Shown: positions 49,764-61,078, counted from the first letter of the whole stretch. The stretch: DNA of 63,397 nucleotides, filler included, from Lenisia limosa (GCA_001655205.1; 11 parts of 11 records of this genome joined end to end with filler, not necessarily neighbours in it), one strand, 5' to 3'. The notes: generated by a model not told the origin, from the sequence alone. Numbers and translations are program-made.

Positions 49764-49906
49764 TAAACAGGTCTATTATATACCCTAATTCAAGGTAAAC
49801 AGGTCTNNNNNNNNNNNNNNNNNNNNNNNNNNNNNNNNNNNNNNNNNNNNTTAATTAATTAANNNNNNNNNNNNNNNNNNNNNNNNNNNNNNNNNNNNNN
49901 NNNNNN

Positions 49907-50401
49907 CCCACTTCCACAGCCGCAGCCTCCGCTCCCTTCCCAGCCACTACCAAGGTTTGCGGACTCATCTAAAGATGGGATTTTTGAGCGTCTGTAGTTA
50001 AACAAAAATGTGTATTATGAACAAAAATTTTGCAATTGCAGACGTTTGTCAAAAAGACCACCCCATTTTTATACACGCTGAGTTGTGTGTATACACTTGC
50101 TTCAAGAAATTCCCTATATTGGTTGTTATCGGGGGTTTATAATCTTTTGTGGTTCCTCAGGAAATTGCGCCCTGTTGTATGATTTTCATCCCTCTTGTTC
50201 AGCACGGATTTCTCAAAACAAGTCTCCATTTCAATGGGTGCATCACCCCCCCCCCCNNNNNNNNNNNNNNNNNNNNNNNNNNNNNNNNNNNNNCCGGTTT
50301 CGGCCCCCTCCGAGCCATATGATAAAGATTTCGCCTGGGACTGTGCTGAGTTCCAGACCGGAGGAATTCCTGAGTTACCGCCACCGCCACAAGCAGCCTA
50401 G
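49907..50401 (+). CDS. NUP42/NUPL2 (Amo1)-like nucleoporin C-terminus
   Basis: Terminal exon PYDKDFAWDCAEFQTGGIPELPPPPQAA* resembles the F..F..G.IP..PPP C-terminal motif of NUP42-family proteins. Confidence 0.5.
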
Positions 50402-50940
50402 TTTTTAGCTTTTTCAAGTTTTCTTCATTCTAATACATCTATGGTTTTCTTGGTACACTAAATTTCATTTTGACCCCCCCCCCCCTGNNNNNNNNNNNNN
50501 NNNNNNNNNNNNNNNNNNNNNNNNNNNNNNNNNNNNNNNNNNNNNNNNNNNNNNNNNNNNNNNNNNNNNNNNNNNNNGTTTTTTTGTGCTTTTGTCATCT
50601 GCCCTTTGTCAAGTTTTAGTTTGTTGTAGCTTGTTGTTTGTTTGTTTGGAGTTTCAGATTATTCGGTTCGTGATTAGTACACACACATTCAAAGCTAAAG
50701 TTACTTAATGGGCTTTTTTAGTTTTACTCCCCCCATCCCTGAAGTGAATATTGAGTGCCACTGCTGTAACATTCATGTCATTGTACCGGTTATGTCATTT
50801 CGATCTCTGAAAAGCCAAGGTTGGACTAGCTTAAGAAAATACATGATAACTGGAGAAGTGAATAGTGATAGATTTGAGAAACAAAAAAAAAACATGAAAA
50901 AAGAGCAGACACCACAGACCATAATAATAATAAAATCAGA

Positions 50941-52480
50941 CTAGAACAGAGACCTATTTGGGTGCCTCCGAGCGGCTTCCAACCTGAGCTGTGAAAACCA
51001 GAAACATAAAGAAGTATTTGACCAGAATTTCATTTCATCTTAGTAATCGTAATTCGGGCACCCCCCCCCCCACCACAGTAGGCTGCGGCAAAGAAAACGN
51101 NNNNNNNNNNNNNNNNNNNNNNNNNNNNNNNNNNNNNNNNNNNNNNNNNNNNNNNNNNNNNNNNNNNNNNNNNNNNNNNNNNNNNNNNNNNNNNNNNNNN
51201 NNNNNNNNNNNNNNNNNNNNNNNNNNNNNNGAGAGATGGCTGTGTCGGCAAGGTTGAAGGCTATTGCTGGGGACTTCTGAATGGTTAAGCCAAGTTTGCT
51301 AGGAGAATAAAAAGAGACAATCATGTTGCAGAATAAAGGGTGTTTCAACTCAATGAAAATGGATTGCCGTCGGTAAGCTCACCATCAGCGAGCGTTGCTG
51401 CGAGACCTCAGTGACGGGAATGGTCTTCTCCTTGCGGCGATTCAGAACCTAATGATGTCAGATTCAAAAACGACAAAAGGAAATATGGGCTCATCTAAAA
51501 AGGGGGTGGCAGCGTCTGTGGTATTGTTTGGAATATGTTGGAGGGGGGACTGTAGTGTTCGGAGGTGGTGGGGTGAGGGGACCCTGGAATAAAGGTTTGA
51601 GACAGCCCGACCAACCAAAGGTTGCAGTGAAATTAAATAGAGGGGTGGGGGTGAAGATGGTAGAAAGAATGGCAATAGCATTCCAATGGAAAAATTGCTA
51701 GAATGATGAACCCAAAAAAACGACAATGGAAGAAGGCGATCTATAGATAAAATCAAATTAAAACATAATCCTCAAGTTTAGAGCGAAGAAGGGGAAAGGG
51801 AAGCGAGCTTTTCAGATTGATTCACAACCCAAAAGATGACACCAACCTGAATATGGCTTGAAACTTGCTTCCTGGTCCTGATCTTCTTCGTCTTCTTGTA
51901 GATATACCTTGCCACGAGCTCGTTACGGCCTAGGGTTAGTTAGACGAGGGGAAACGGATGTTGTGCGAAGCGACGGGACATCTATATCTCAAAGGCTAGT
52001 GGATAAGAGATTCATTGGTATCTGAAAATCACATTATAAGCTTAGTAACAAGTATTTTAGGAGTATAGGGTGAAGAAAATCGCAATACACAAGAGCCAAT
52101 TTAAAGCCCACATACATACGGACCTTTATTTCGATAAATATCCATTGGTATTACATATGACAATCATAGACATGATGTAGAGCAGGTAAACAAGAGAATT
52201 GTAGCTTTTTAGCGAAAAAGAAAAAACGAGAATCCTGACACAACAAGGCTCAAAACTGAACACAATCCCGGCCATTCCCTTAATATTGATGAAGCAATAC
52301 TAAAGCAGAGGAGAACAAGAAATCAGCTGCCCAAATACCGTACATTCTTGACTCCCCTTCGACTACGACCTTCCTCCTTCCACAGGGAGGATACTTTTGG
52401 AGAGCTTCATGGAAAGCGTGCTCTACATCGACGCTCCAGACTTGTTCGTTTTCATTGGAATCTTCGAACGTTTTGTCCAT
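50941..52480 (-). CDS. TEAD: TEA-domain (TEAD/Scalloped-like) transcription factor, short
   Basis: [70 protein letters not shown]. In-frame stop directly before the ATG. 3' end tentative. Confidence 0.93.
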
Positions 52481-53203
52481 TTACCAGACTGATATGGGTG
52501 AATCTACACTAAGAGCAAAATGAGAACGGGAAAGCAGAGTATATACGATTAACTAGCTGTCAAAAAATAGAATTTTTTACAATTTTAACCCAACAAAGTA
52601 AATTCTTGGAACATTCTAGAATGATTGGTCAGAGAAGCCCGGATAAATGGAATTCAATTTAAGGCAACCTTCCGTCCTCAGAATTCCTTTACACTCTGTT
52701 GGCGAGTTATTAGGAGGGTTACTTGCCTTTTGCCTCCTCAAAAAGGATAATTCCTTCAAAGTTTTATTAGAATTAAGATTGTTTATTGCCTCTTAGCCTC
52801 CTAATCTCCCAATCACCCAGGGCAACATTCTGCTCCTCCGAGCCAGTTTGGCAAGAATAGCCCGTCCTGCTGTCTGCTCTGCACAAAAGAGATGCTATTC
52901 TTCATTTATCCTCCTACGCAACCGCATTCTATGTTCCTTAATACCTGCTTAATACTAACAACACTACAACATAATAAGAAGTACTGAAGAAGTACAACAT
53001 CGGCTACATTGCAATCCGAAATTCCCCCATCATTTCGACTTCGTGTCACATTCACATTCACAGGGGTGAAGCTCAGCCCATATGAAACCCTTCAAAAATG
53101 TATATTTGCAAAGTGAAAGATGACTACCATCATAAAAAAAATCAGAAACTAGATATAGACTTGGAAGACTACAAGCCGGCAAGGCGAGTAGTGAAGAAAG
53201 CAA

Positions 53204-53389
53204 TTACCACATTGAGCGTCCAAAGCCGCCACGACTGAGTTGAGTTAATGAAGGTGTCAGGCCATAGTAAGGGATTGAAATACTAACAAACCCAGGCAAA
53301 AGTCTCATTCTATTGCAAACCCCCAACCCACCCGAAGCCGCCTTGATTGAAACTGCCGCTGGAAGAGGAGCCGAATTGTTGCTGGCCCT
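53204..53389 (-). CDS. 3' end of a gene with a Gly/RGG-rich tail
   Basis: GQQQFGSSSSGSFNQGGF-GRGGFGRSMW* across a phase-compatible GT-AG intron. Confidence 0.45.
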   Translation of the reverse strand, partial: RASNNSAPLPAAVSIKAASGGLGVCNRMRLLPGFVSISIPYYGLTPSLTQLSRGGFGRSMW

Positions 53390-53489
53390 NNNNNNNNNNN
53401 NNNNNNNNNNNNNNNNNNNNNNNNNNNNNNNNNTTAATTAATTAANNNNNNNNNNNNNNNNNNNNNNNNNNNNNNNNNNNNNNNNNNNN

Positions 53490-56016
53490 GACAGTTCCGA
53501 TTTTGAACGAGGAGGATATTGAGGAGGAGGATCTTGATCTGGAGTCTGACGTTCTGGAGTTCTAGGTCGTTTTTGTGTTGCTTTTTTTTGATCGTTTTTG
53601 ACACCCGTTTTGACTGTGCTTTCTTCTGTTGTGTGCCTCTTTCTTGAGTTTCTTGCGTTCTTATAATAGTTTCTTTCATTAACATCGGGTGTATCTTGAG
53701 CTTACCAAAATAAAAGGTCATGTTTTCGAGATGGGTAGGTAGAAAGCTCATCTTCTCGTCCCTTCTCCTCCCCACGTTGAATTTTTGGTTCAGAGATCGG
53801 GGTGCTCCAGGGTGCTATCTCACTCAACTGGGGAGCAAGGAGAGCGTTTCTCCTTCTCAGTGCCTGTTTTGTTGTTCCTTCTCTCGGTTATGAGCGCTCT
53901 TTTTTTGATGATGTTGATATTTTCGAGATATATATAATAATTAATATTATTATTAATTTCCAAGATTGCCAGAATTGCTAATAGGGCTTCACTTCTCGGT
54001 TTAATCGTTGAAATTTTTAATGGTAAAATTGTTCGTAATAATTGAATCAAAATTTTATTAGAAAAACCTTTCACGAAAACAGAACATAGAGCAACATGCA
54101 AATTAAAAAAAGAAACAATAGAATAGTTACAGCTGGGGCTGCGGAGTATGGGTTTTAGCGTATTGTTCGACCAGACGGTCATTTTCGGCGGCCAGGTTGG
54201 CCAAGTTGGTGAAGGAGAAATCGCCAAACGACGCCTGGGGTGGGGTCTCCCTGGGGAGTCACAATGGGAAAATTAAGAAACAATAAATAGCAGCTTCAAC
54301 AACAAAATAATAATAATAGTAATAATAATAAAAAGCTTGATGATATATTAATAGATGACACTCCCCCCCCACTGCTGCGCCTCAGTGAGAAGAGTGTTAG
54401 CGGTGAGCTTGGACTGGGAGGTGCTGTTGCCTTCATCACTGCCAGAACTGGAAACTGACGACTTCATTGGAGCAAGGCCCGGCCTGGGGGGGGGGGGGGG
54501 AATNNNNNNNNNNNNNNNNNNNNNNNNNNNNNNNNNNNNNNNNNNNNNNNNNNNNNNNNNNNNNNNNNNNNNNNNNNNNNNNNNNNNNNNNNNNNNNNNN
54601 NNNNNNNNNNNNNNNNNNNNNNNNNNNNNNNNNNNNNNNNNNNNNNNNNNNNNNNNNNNNNNNNNNNNNNNNNNNNNNNNNNNNNNNNNNNNNNNNNNNN
54701 NNNNNNNNNNNNNNNNNNNNNNNNNNNNNNNNNNNNNNNNNNNNNNNNNNNNNNNNNNNNNNNNNNNNNNNNNNNNNNNNNNNNAGAATGGGTGAGATTT
54801 GACCTCTTTTGAGCCCTTCGCTCCTAGTCTAAATGGTTAGTATTATGATAGCATAGTATGTTGCGCTCCTGGTTTGAACCAGGCGGCGCAGACCGGACGA
54901 TTATGACGATTTTTCATCCGATCTGAAACTAATCTGGTTCTGTCTACAGATGTGCATAATCCCCAGGTCTGCGCCCCTTGGTTTGAACGAGTAAATCATA
55001 ATAGTGATTGTGATTGTGTTCCTATACTGTAACGCTCAGTCTGAAAACGGTCACTATTATTGGAACGATTCCAAACAACATCTAGTATAATAATACACCA
55101 TAATAAAAACTATGAATACTATTATATCACATAGTATCATTGATAGCTACGCTATATAATAAAGCGTAAAGCCTTCCCTTTATGTCCAAAAAAGCTAAGT
55201 ATGAAATTTTGCAAAAAACACTCAACAGACCTCTAACTGAAAACATCCTAATTTAATAAGAGTATAACCCCCCCCCATCCATCGAACCTTTTTTCAGGGT
55301 CAGGAACTAGAAAGCTCTTGATCAGGCTTCGACACTCGGGGGAAAGCTCCTGCTTTGTGAGGAAAGTAGGANNNNNNNNNNNNNNNNNNNNNNNNNNNNN
55401 NNNNNNNNNNNNNNNNNNNNNNNNNNNNNNNNNNNNNNNNNNNNNNNNNNNNNNNNNNATCCCATCACTCCTTTGAGAGGGCGATGACAAATCATGTATC
55501 AATCTAGTAGTAGTATAACTATATTTTATTCGAAATAAGTCTCCGCAAAAGTGATTTGAGAAGAGTGAAATATTTTGGATGGAGGCTGATTAAGCTGTGG
55601 CCGTGATAAAAAAAAAAATTGTTGAGGGGGTGGGAGCAAGCTTCGACAGTACCGCTATGGTGACTATGACCGTTATATTTAAGTCATACCTGGGGTATAG
55701 TGAAGCGTTGGTTGAGGATGTTCTTGAAAACCTCCTCATGGGTTGCTGCGTTGAAAGGGGGGACGCCTACAACCAGTTCGTAGAGAATAACGCCCAATGA
55801 CCACTAGGAAGTTAACAGACCTCCACTCCTGCATAAAAGAGTAATACCCCACTCCTGCATAGTATTATCCTTCAAGCCTTTTAGGTGGCTTCTACCCTTT
55901 TAGGTGGCTTCTACCCTTTTAGGTGGCTTCTAATGTAAATGGGCCTCTTTGTTGAGAAGCTCAGTTGTACAGCACCCCCCACGTAATCAGCGGCCGGGCC
56001 GTGGTCAAGGCCCAGG
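53490..56016 (-). CDS. AGC-group Ser/Thr kinase, MAST/Greatwall/Rim15-like, C-lobe and tail
   Basis: LGLDHGPAADY-WSLGVILYELVVGVPPFNAATHEEVFKNILN, LSPECRSLIKSFLVPDPEKR-LGAKGSKEVKSHPF, FGDFSFTNLANL (hydrophobic motif). Confidence 0.85.
54863..54988. repeat. Small hairpin element in a kinase intron
   Basis: CCTGGTTTGAACCAGGCGGCGCAGACC...GGTCTGCGCCCCTTGGTTTGAAC. Confidence 0.55.
55878..55931 (+). repeat. 19-bp tandem repeat x3
   Basis: TTTTAGGTGGCTTCTACCC units. Confidence 0.8.
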
Positions 56017-56299
56017 NNNNNNNNNNNNNNNNNNNNNNNNNNNNNNNNNNNNNNNNNNNNTTAATTAATTAANNNNNNNNNNNNNNNNNNNNNNNNNNNN
56101 NNNNNNNNNNNNNNNNTTTTAGGGTTCGGTTTTCGAGTGAAGCCCAAAATATATACCTCTAGTTAGCCACAACACAACTAACGTTCCAGAAAGACTTCGG
56201 GTAAAACAGGCCCCGAGAGCGGGTTCTGTTTCCCTCATCAACTTCCACAAGGAGTATCCAGGTTCCAATGGTCAGGGCAAAAAGGTGGGATGCCGGTTG

Positions 56300-56412
56300 G
56301 GCGGCTCTACTTGGTTCGACTGAATTTTCGATTGATCCTGAAAATTATCGATATTTTATTGGCCTTTTTTGGTACGGAAGTGAAGCCGAGGGACTTCACT
56401 TCGATTTGAAAA
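56300..56412. mobile_element. Family A MITE followed by the left end of a second copy
   Basis: Core plus GGAAGTGAAGCC, immediately followed by AGGGACTTCACTTCG. Confidence 0.7.
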
Positions 56413-56483
56413 AGAAGATTCCCCACCTTGTCTTCCTCTCCCCTTCTCTACTAATAGATTCCCTCCCACCAGTATCACTTACC

Positions 56484-56585
56484 CATTTTTGGTCATCTGG
56501 TTTTTGTCTAGTTTTAGCGTTGGTTGCTCTTGTTTGATATTGCTTCTTTTTATTTTTATTGTTTGGAGCTTCAGATTATTGGGTA
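56484..56585 (+). repeat. Family E repeat (second copy 50578-50670); both precede a D tail
   Basis: Shared GTCATCTG..GTTTTAG..TGTTTGGAG(C/T)TTCAGATTATT. Confidence 0.6.
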
Positions 56586-56795
56586 CCTTCATGTAATATT
56601 TTTCTTCAAAATTTTCTTCGTTTCGCCAACAGAGTTGATTTAGGCTTTTTTGTTTCATAAATTTCCTTCGTTTTACCCNNNNNNNNNNNNNNNNNNNNNN
56701 NNNNNNNNNNNNNNNNNNNNNNNNNNNNNNNNNNNNNNNNNNNNNNNNNNNNNNNNNNNNNNNNNNNNNNNNNNNNNNNNNNNNNNNNNNNNNNN

Positions 56796-59700
56796 NGCTT
56801 CAGTCTTCTTGGTGTGAATGGAGCTGGGAAGTCTAGTACACTGTCTTGTATATCCGGCCTTTTCCCGATCTCAAGTGGACATATCTTTGTCAATGGCAAA
56901 AGCATCCAGGTTTGTTATCTATCACTATGAATTTCTCGATAAATCATCGACAACTATCGATAATATGGGAAATCACCGGCATGTTACATTTCTTTGTCAA
57001 AGACAAACGCATCCATGTTTGTTATCACTAATAATTTCGATGAATATTGATACTGAGAGTTGATTTGGGCTTTTTTGTTTCAAAAATTTCCTTCGTCTTA
57101 CTCTCCCCACCACCACCAGGACAATCCCGATGAAGTGTACCTAGAAATGGGAGTATGCCCACAGCACGACATCCTTTGGGGCTCGCTCACGGCTGCCGAG
57201 GTTTGTTTAAAGGCCAATAATCTGAAATCTCATGAAAACGAAGACTAGTCTCATTGCTGAGGTTTATTTAGCCACTTATTTGAAAAACATAAAACAAGAA
57301 AGACTATTCTATTTGATTTGTTGCGTATGTTTGTGAAGTCTGTTAGCCTGCTCTGATTATAGCTTGTGGCTAAAACAGCTTCGTCTTTACTTCATTGAAA
57401 AACTTAAACTATTTTTAAATAAAGTGACAAATAATAAGCTGAAGTTCAGACATTATTATTAGAACTCCGTGCAATTGATTGAGATGTTAACTTCAAAATT
57501 TCAAGCAGACATATTGGAGAACGACATTTCAGACACTTTAATTTCAAATTTTGGAAATAATTTCCTTAAACAATATCACGGAGCTGATTTTCTTCTAGCA
57601 TCTTCGATTCTACGGACGCATCAAAGGCCTCAAGGGCAAGGCTCTTGAACAGGCAATTGACAGCGTTTTGACGGGTGGGGACGGATAGCGTGTGCGACGC
57701 TATAATGGATGTAATAGTAGTAACAAATCTATAATGGATTTCATCGTGGTTATAATGCTATAATGGATGTAATAGTATTAATAATGTTGGAAATGATTTA
57801 ATAGTATTAACAATGTTGGAAAGGATGGTGGGAATTCGAAAAATACTGGCAAAACATCGATAGTTTTCGAGGATTTGTCGAGAAATTCAGTCTTTTTTCG
57901 AATCAAAGTGAAGCCATAGGGTTTTACAGGTGGGGCGTGTGCAGTTGGCAGCGTTTTGTCCAGTGGGTGAGGGGAGCATAATAACAATAGCTGGCGATGT
58001 AGCGATACGACTAGAGCTTCCCTATGGTCACAAAAGAGACAGAATTTCTCGATAAATTTTCGATAAATATCGATATTTTGACGGTATGTTTCAGACCATA
58101 GGGAAACCCCCCTAGATACGACACGTGATGTTGGAAAGGATGTAATAGAATCTACAATTTTGGAAAGGACGTGTGTCAAGGGGGGGGGGGGATACGCGAC
58201 ATTGACCATTCTTCCTCTTNNNNNNNNNNNNNNNNNNNNNNNNNNNNNNNNNNNNNNNNNNNNNNNNNNNNNNNNNNNNNNNNNNNNNNNAATTTGTGGG
58301 GCTGTCTTTCTCAAAGACTATAGATGTTAACCTTCACCTTGCTGGCAACAAACAGAGCGACGAATTCTCTGGAGGAATGAAAAGGCGGCTCTCTGTTGGC
58401 TGTGCATTGATTGGTTTGTTGTACCGTAGTAGGAAAGTAGGCTTACCTTATAAGGCAAGCCCTCCGTGGTTCTTCTGGATGAACCAACCACTGGACTTGA
58501 TCCGGCGTCAAGAAGAGCCCTTTGGAAGGTATTGTGGCTGAACTTATGTTTTTCTTTTGAGTGTAGGGCTCTTAGTGTGTTTATTTTTGTTTTAAGTAAA
58601 GTACTTGAAAAGTAGAGTTGATTTTATTTAATTTTCCTGCAATAAAAACAGCATATTTCACCCTTCAGGTTATTACAGAGTATAAGAAGACGTCGTCCCT
58701 GATTCTCACTACACATGATATGCATGAGGCTGAGGTTTGGAGGTTTAAAGAGCTAAAGAAGTCTTATATGTTGGGCTTCGCTACAGACCGAAAAAAACCG
58801 GTAAAATATCGATATTCATCGAAAATTTAACATGAAATTCAGTCTTTTATTTTGGTACAGTAGGGAAGCCACTTATATGGAATTCAGGATAATAATCTCA
58901 TCATATTTAATTGTTCAAATGATATTGTCTAAAATCCAGTACACTGACATTTTAGGTGCTCAGTGATCAGGTGGCCATATTGGCAGGAGGCAAATTGAAG
59001 GCCCTCGGAACTGAGTGGGTTCGGTTTTAGTTCGGACCACATAATTAGGGCTTTCCTACGGTCCAAAAAAAGACGGTAAAACATCGATATTTATCGTGGA
59101 TTTATCGAGAAATTCAGTTTTAGTTCGGACTGGTTGATACAAATACGCTGACCACGATAAGCCCTGATACGATGGACTCAAGATAAGCTCAAAAACCGTG
59201 TCATGACTTATCCCGGTCACTGTATGTATTATCTATACTTATACATATCGATTCGATCGGGGCGAAGGGAAGCCTAAATTTCTTAATAAGCAGTATTATG
59301 GCTAGGACTGCACTACAGCCCAAAAAATGACTAACTTTTTTGATAAAACCTGGGTAAATGGACACTCACCCCACAGTGCTGATTTGAAGCGTCGTTTCAG
59401 CCAGGGATTCACGATTTCCTTCTCCGCCGAAACCGATTATGAAGAGAAGTGCCACGAGTTCCTCAGGTCTTTATGCCCGAATGCCAAGCTCTGTAACTCC
59501 CTCCAAGGCACCAGCAATTACCATGTAGGACTAGGGCTTCACTTCGTTTCAAAAAAAATGTCTGGTTTTTTCGATCAATCCTCGAAACATCTTCCTCCTT
59601 TGCTAAGTGATGGGATGCGGTGCCACTGGCTTGGGCTTTGTTTGTTTTATAGTTCTAAACCCTCGTGTGTTGTTAGCCAACTGAGTTGATTTTGGGCTTT

Positions 59701-60614
59701 TTTGTTTCATAAATTTTCCAATTGTACCCCCCACCCCACCAATCTTCCAAATATTATCTATTAATCCAGCTTAGGGTGAATATTGTACAAGTATAATCCA
59801 ATATCTCTGATAAGTGTAATGGTGTGGACGGCTTTGGCCAGATACAAACTTATTTTTTTGTTTCTCAATGTTATATTGATCCAGCTAAACCTCAAATTTT
59901 TCTTTAGTCCATGCTCTTTTAGAGAATGCTGGATCTCTATGTTCCTAGTTTCAGTAAACACTTTACTGCAAAAATTGAATCAAAATCTGTTTTTACTGTT
60001 CAGGTTGACGCTGCTGACGTTGACATTTCGAGAATTTTCAGGGAGTTTGAGTCGTCTAAAGCAGAGCTGCATATTACAGACTGGTATGAGTTTGCAACAT
60101 TGGCTTGGGATTCTTATGAAAAAGTTGGAATTCCCGTTATTTTATGTATTATTACTAGGAATTAACATATCATATTGAAATTTGAAGAAATTTTATGATG
60201 TTCCCAAAGACTACTTCCCTCATTTCAGGGATCAGCGGAGTAACTACCACCTTCCCCCTTTCAAATTGAATAATCTTTTCACTCCAGAGTACCTTATTTT
60301 ATATGGGAATCCCATAAATTTCTTCGAATTTACAATGTAAAATTTCCCAAGTTTTTCACAAGAATTCCAAGTCGATGCGCTGTGGTGCACTTCCTTCACA
60401 ATTTAACTTCCCTTTACCCTGACAGGGGATGGCCACTCCTTCACTTTCATTCCTTTCATCTTCAGGGATAACAATTTCACCCTTACTTCCTCCATTTCTC
60501 TATCCCTTTATCTTTTGTCATCATTTCAGGGGCGTAACCACCAACGATCTAGAGGCCGTCTTCGTTAAGGTACTCTTTGGCGACGGACCTGTCCAGGACC
60601 AGAACGAAATCTAA
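56796..60614 (+). CDS. ABC transporter subfamily A, C-terminal NBD and regulatory region
   Basis: Walker [24 protein letters not shown], signature [11 protein letters not shown], Walker [29 protein letters not shown], tail [11 protein letters not shown]...NEI*. Confidence 0.95.
57055..57119 (+). repeat. Family D tail ending in an ABCA 3' splice site
   Basis: GAGAGTTGATTTGGGCTTTTTTGTTTCAAAAATTTCC..TTACTCTCCCCACCACCACCAG|exon. Confidence 0.75.
57465..57583. mobile_element. Family G MITE with short CTCCGTG/CACGGAG TIRs
   Basis: Related segments at 12620-12700 and from 22673 (TCCGTGCAATT...GGAGAA..ATTTCAGACACTTT). Confidence 0.55.
57699..57826 (+). repeat. Degenerate tandem repeat
   Basis: CTATAATGGATGTAATAGTA and AATGTTGGAAA units. 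Confidence 0.65.
57835..57918. mobile_element. Family A MITE (left TIR eroded)
   Basis: Core plus TTCGAATCAAAGTGAAGCCATA. Confidence 0.75.
58012..58114. mobile_element. Family A2 MITE with perfect 8-bp TSD
   Basis: TAG...CTA termini flanked by GATACGAC at 58004-58011 and 58115-58122. Confidence 0.9.
58771..58871. mobile_element. Family A2 MITE with perfect 8-bp TSD
   Basis: Flanked by CTTATATG at 58763-58770 and 58872-58879. Confidence 0.85.
59046..59131. mobile_element. Family A2 MITE, right end truncated
   Basis: TAGGGCTTTCCTACGGTCC plus core. Confidence 0.8.
59146..59222. mobile_element. Family B2 MITE (opposite orientation)
   Basis: GCTGACCACGATAAG...GACTTATCCCGGTCACTG-TA. Confidence 0.8.
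59532..59590. mobile_element. Family A MITE, left half
   Basis: TAGGGCTTCACTTCG, 7 nt after the ABCA donor site. Confidence 0.75.
59609..59735 (+). repeat. Family D full-length copy, mid-intron
   Basis: Full consensus match. Other copies at 25731-25788, 27715-27805, 56620-56678, 50710-50735. Confidence 0.85.
59774..59868 (+). repeat. Family C dispersed repeat (ABCA intron)
   Basis: GGTGTGGACGGCTTTGGCCAGATACAAACTTATTTTTTTG. Partial copies at 2521-2561(-), 4666-4712(-), 13446-13531, 17547-17592, 20642-20686, 32186-32220(-), 62014-62060. Confidence 0.75.
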
Positions 60615-60719
60615 AACCAACCAAGAGAGACCCTAAATCTCAACCCCCGTGCCAACCAAGGAAATGGACTCCAAGGCTGGCGTTATTGTATTAATATATT
60701 CCAAATTTCTTTTTCTTTC

Positions 60720-60917
60720 GGAGCTTCCAAGCTGTCAGAAAAAGACTGGGAATATCGATAGTTTTGGAGGATTTATCGAGTTTTTTGAGACTGGGGAAAA
60801 ATGACTAAATTATTGATAAGTATCGATAGTTTTTGAGGATTTCTTACAGAGAAATTGTATTTTGTGTAGTGAACAGATTTCATTGAGTCTTTTTTGAGAC
60901 TGTAGGGAAGGAAGCTC
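60720..60917. mobile_element. Family A composite (two cores) between ABCA and ADH 3' ends
   Basis: GAGCTTCC...GGAAGCTC ends with two ATCGATAGTTTT cores. Confidence 0.65.
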
Positions 60918-61078
60918 AACATACTTCTTCTGGAACTTCACTCGTTTCCTAAAATGTCGATTTCTTCACGGGGGGTGGAGGGTGGGATCGATATTTTGTC
61001 TTTTGGAGCTGAATGTGAAGCTTTATTGAGGGTGCGAGACCACCGGTATGGAGTTTGAGATACATAATAAATACGGAG

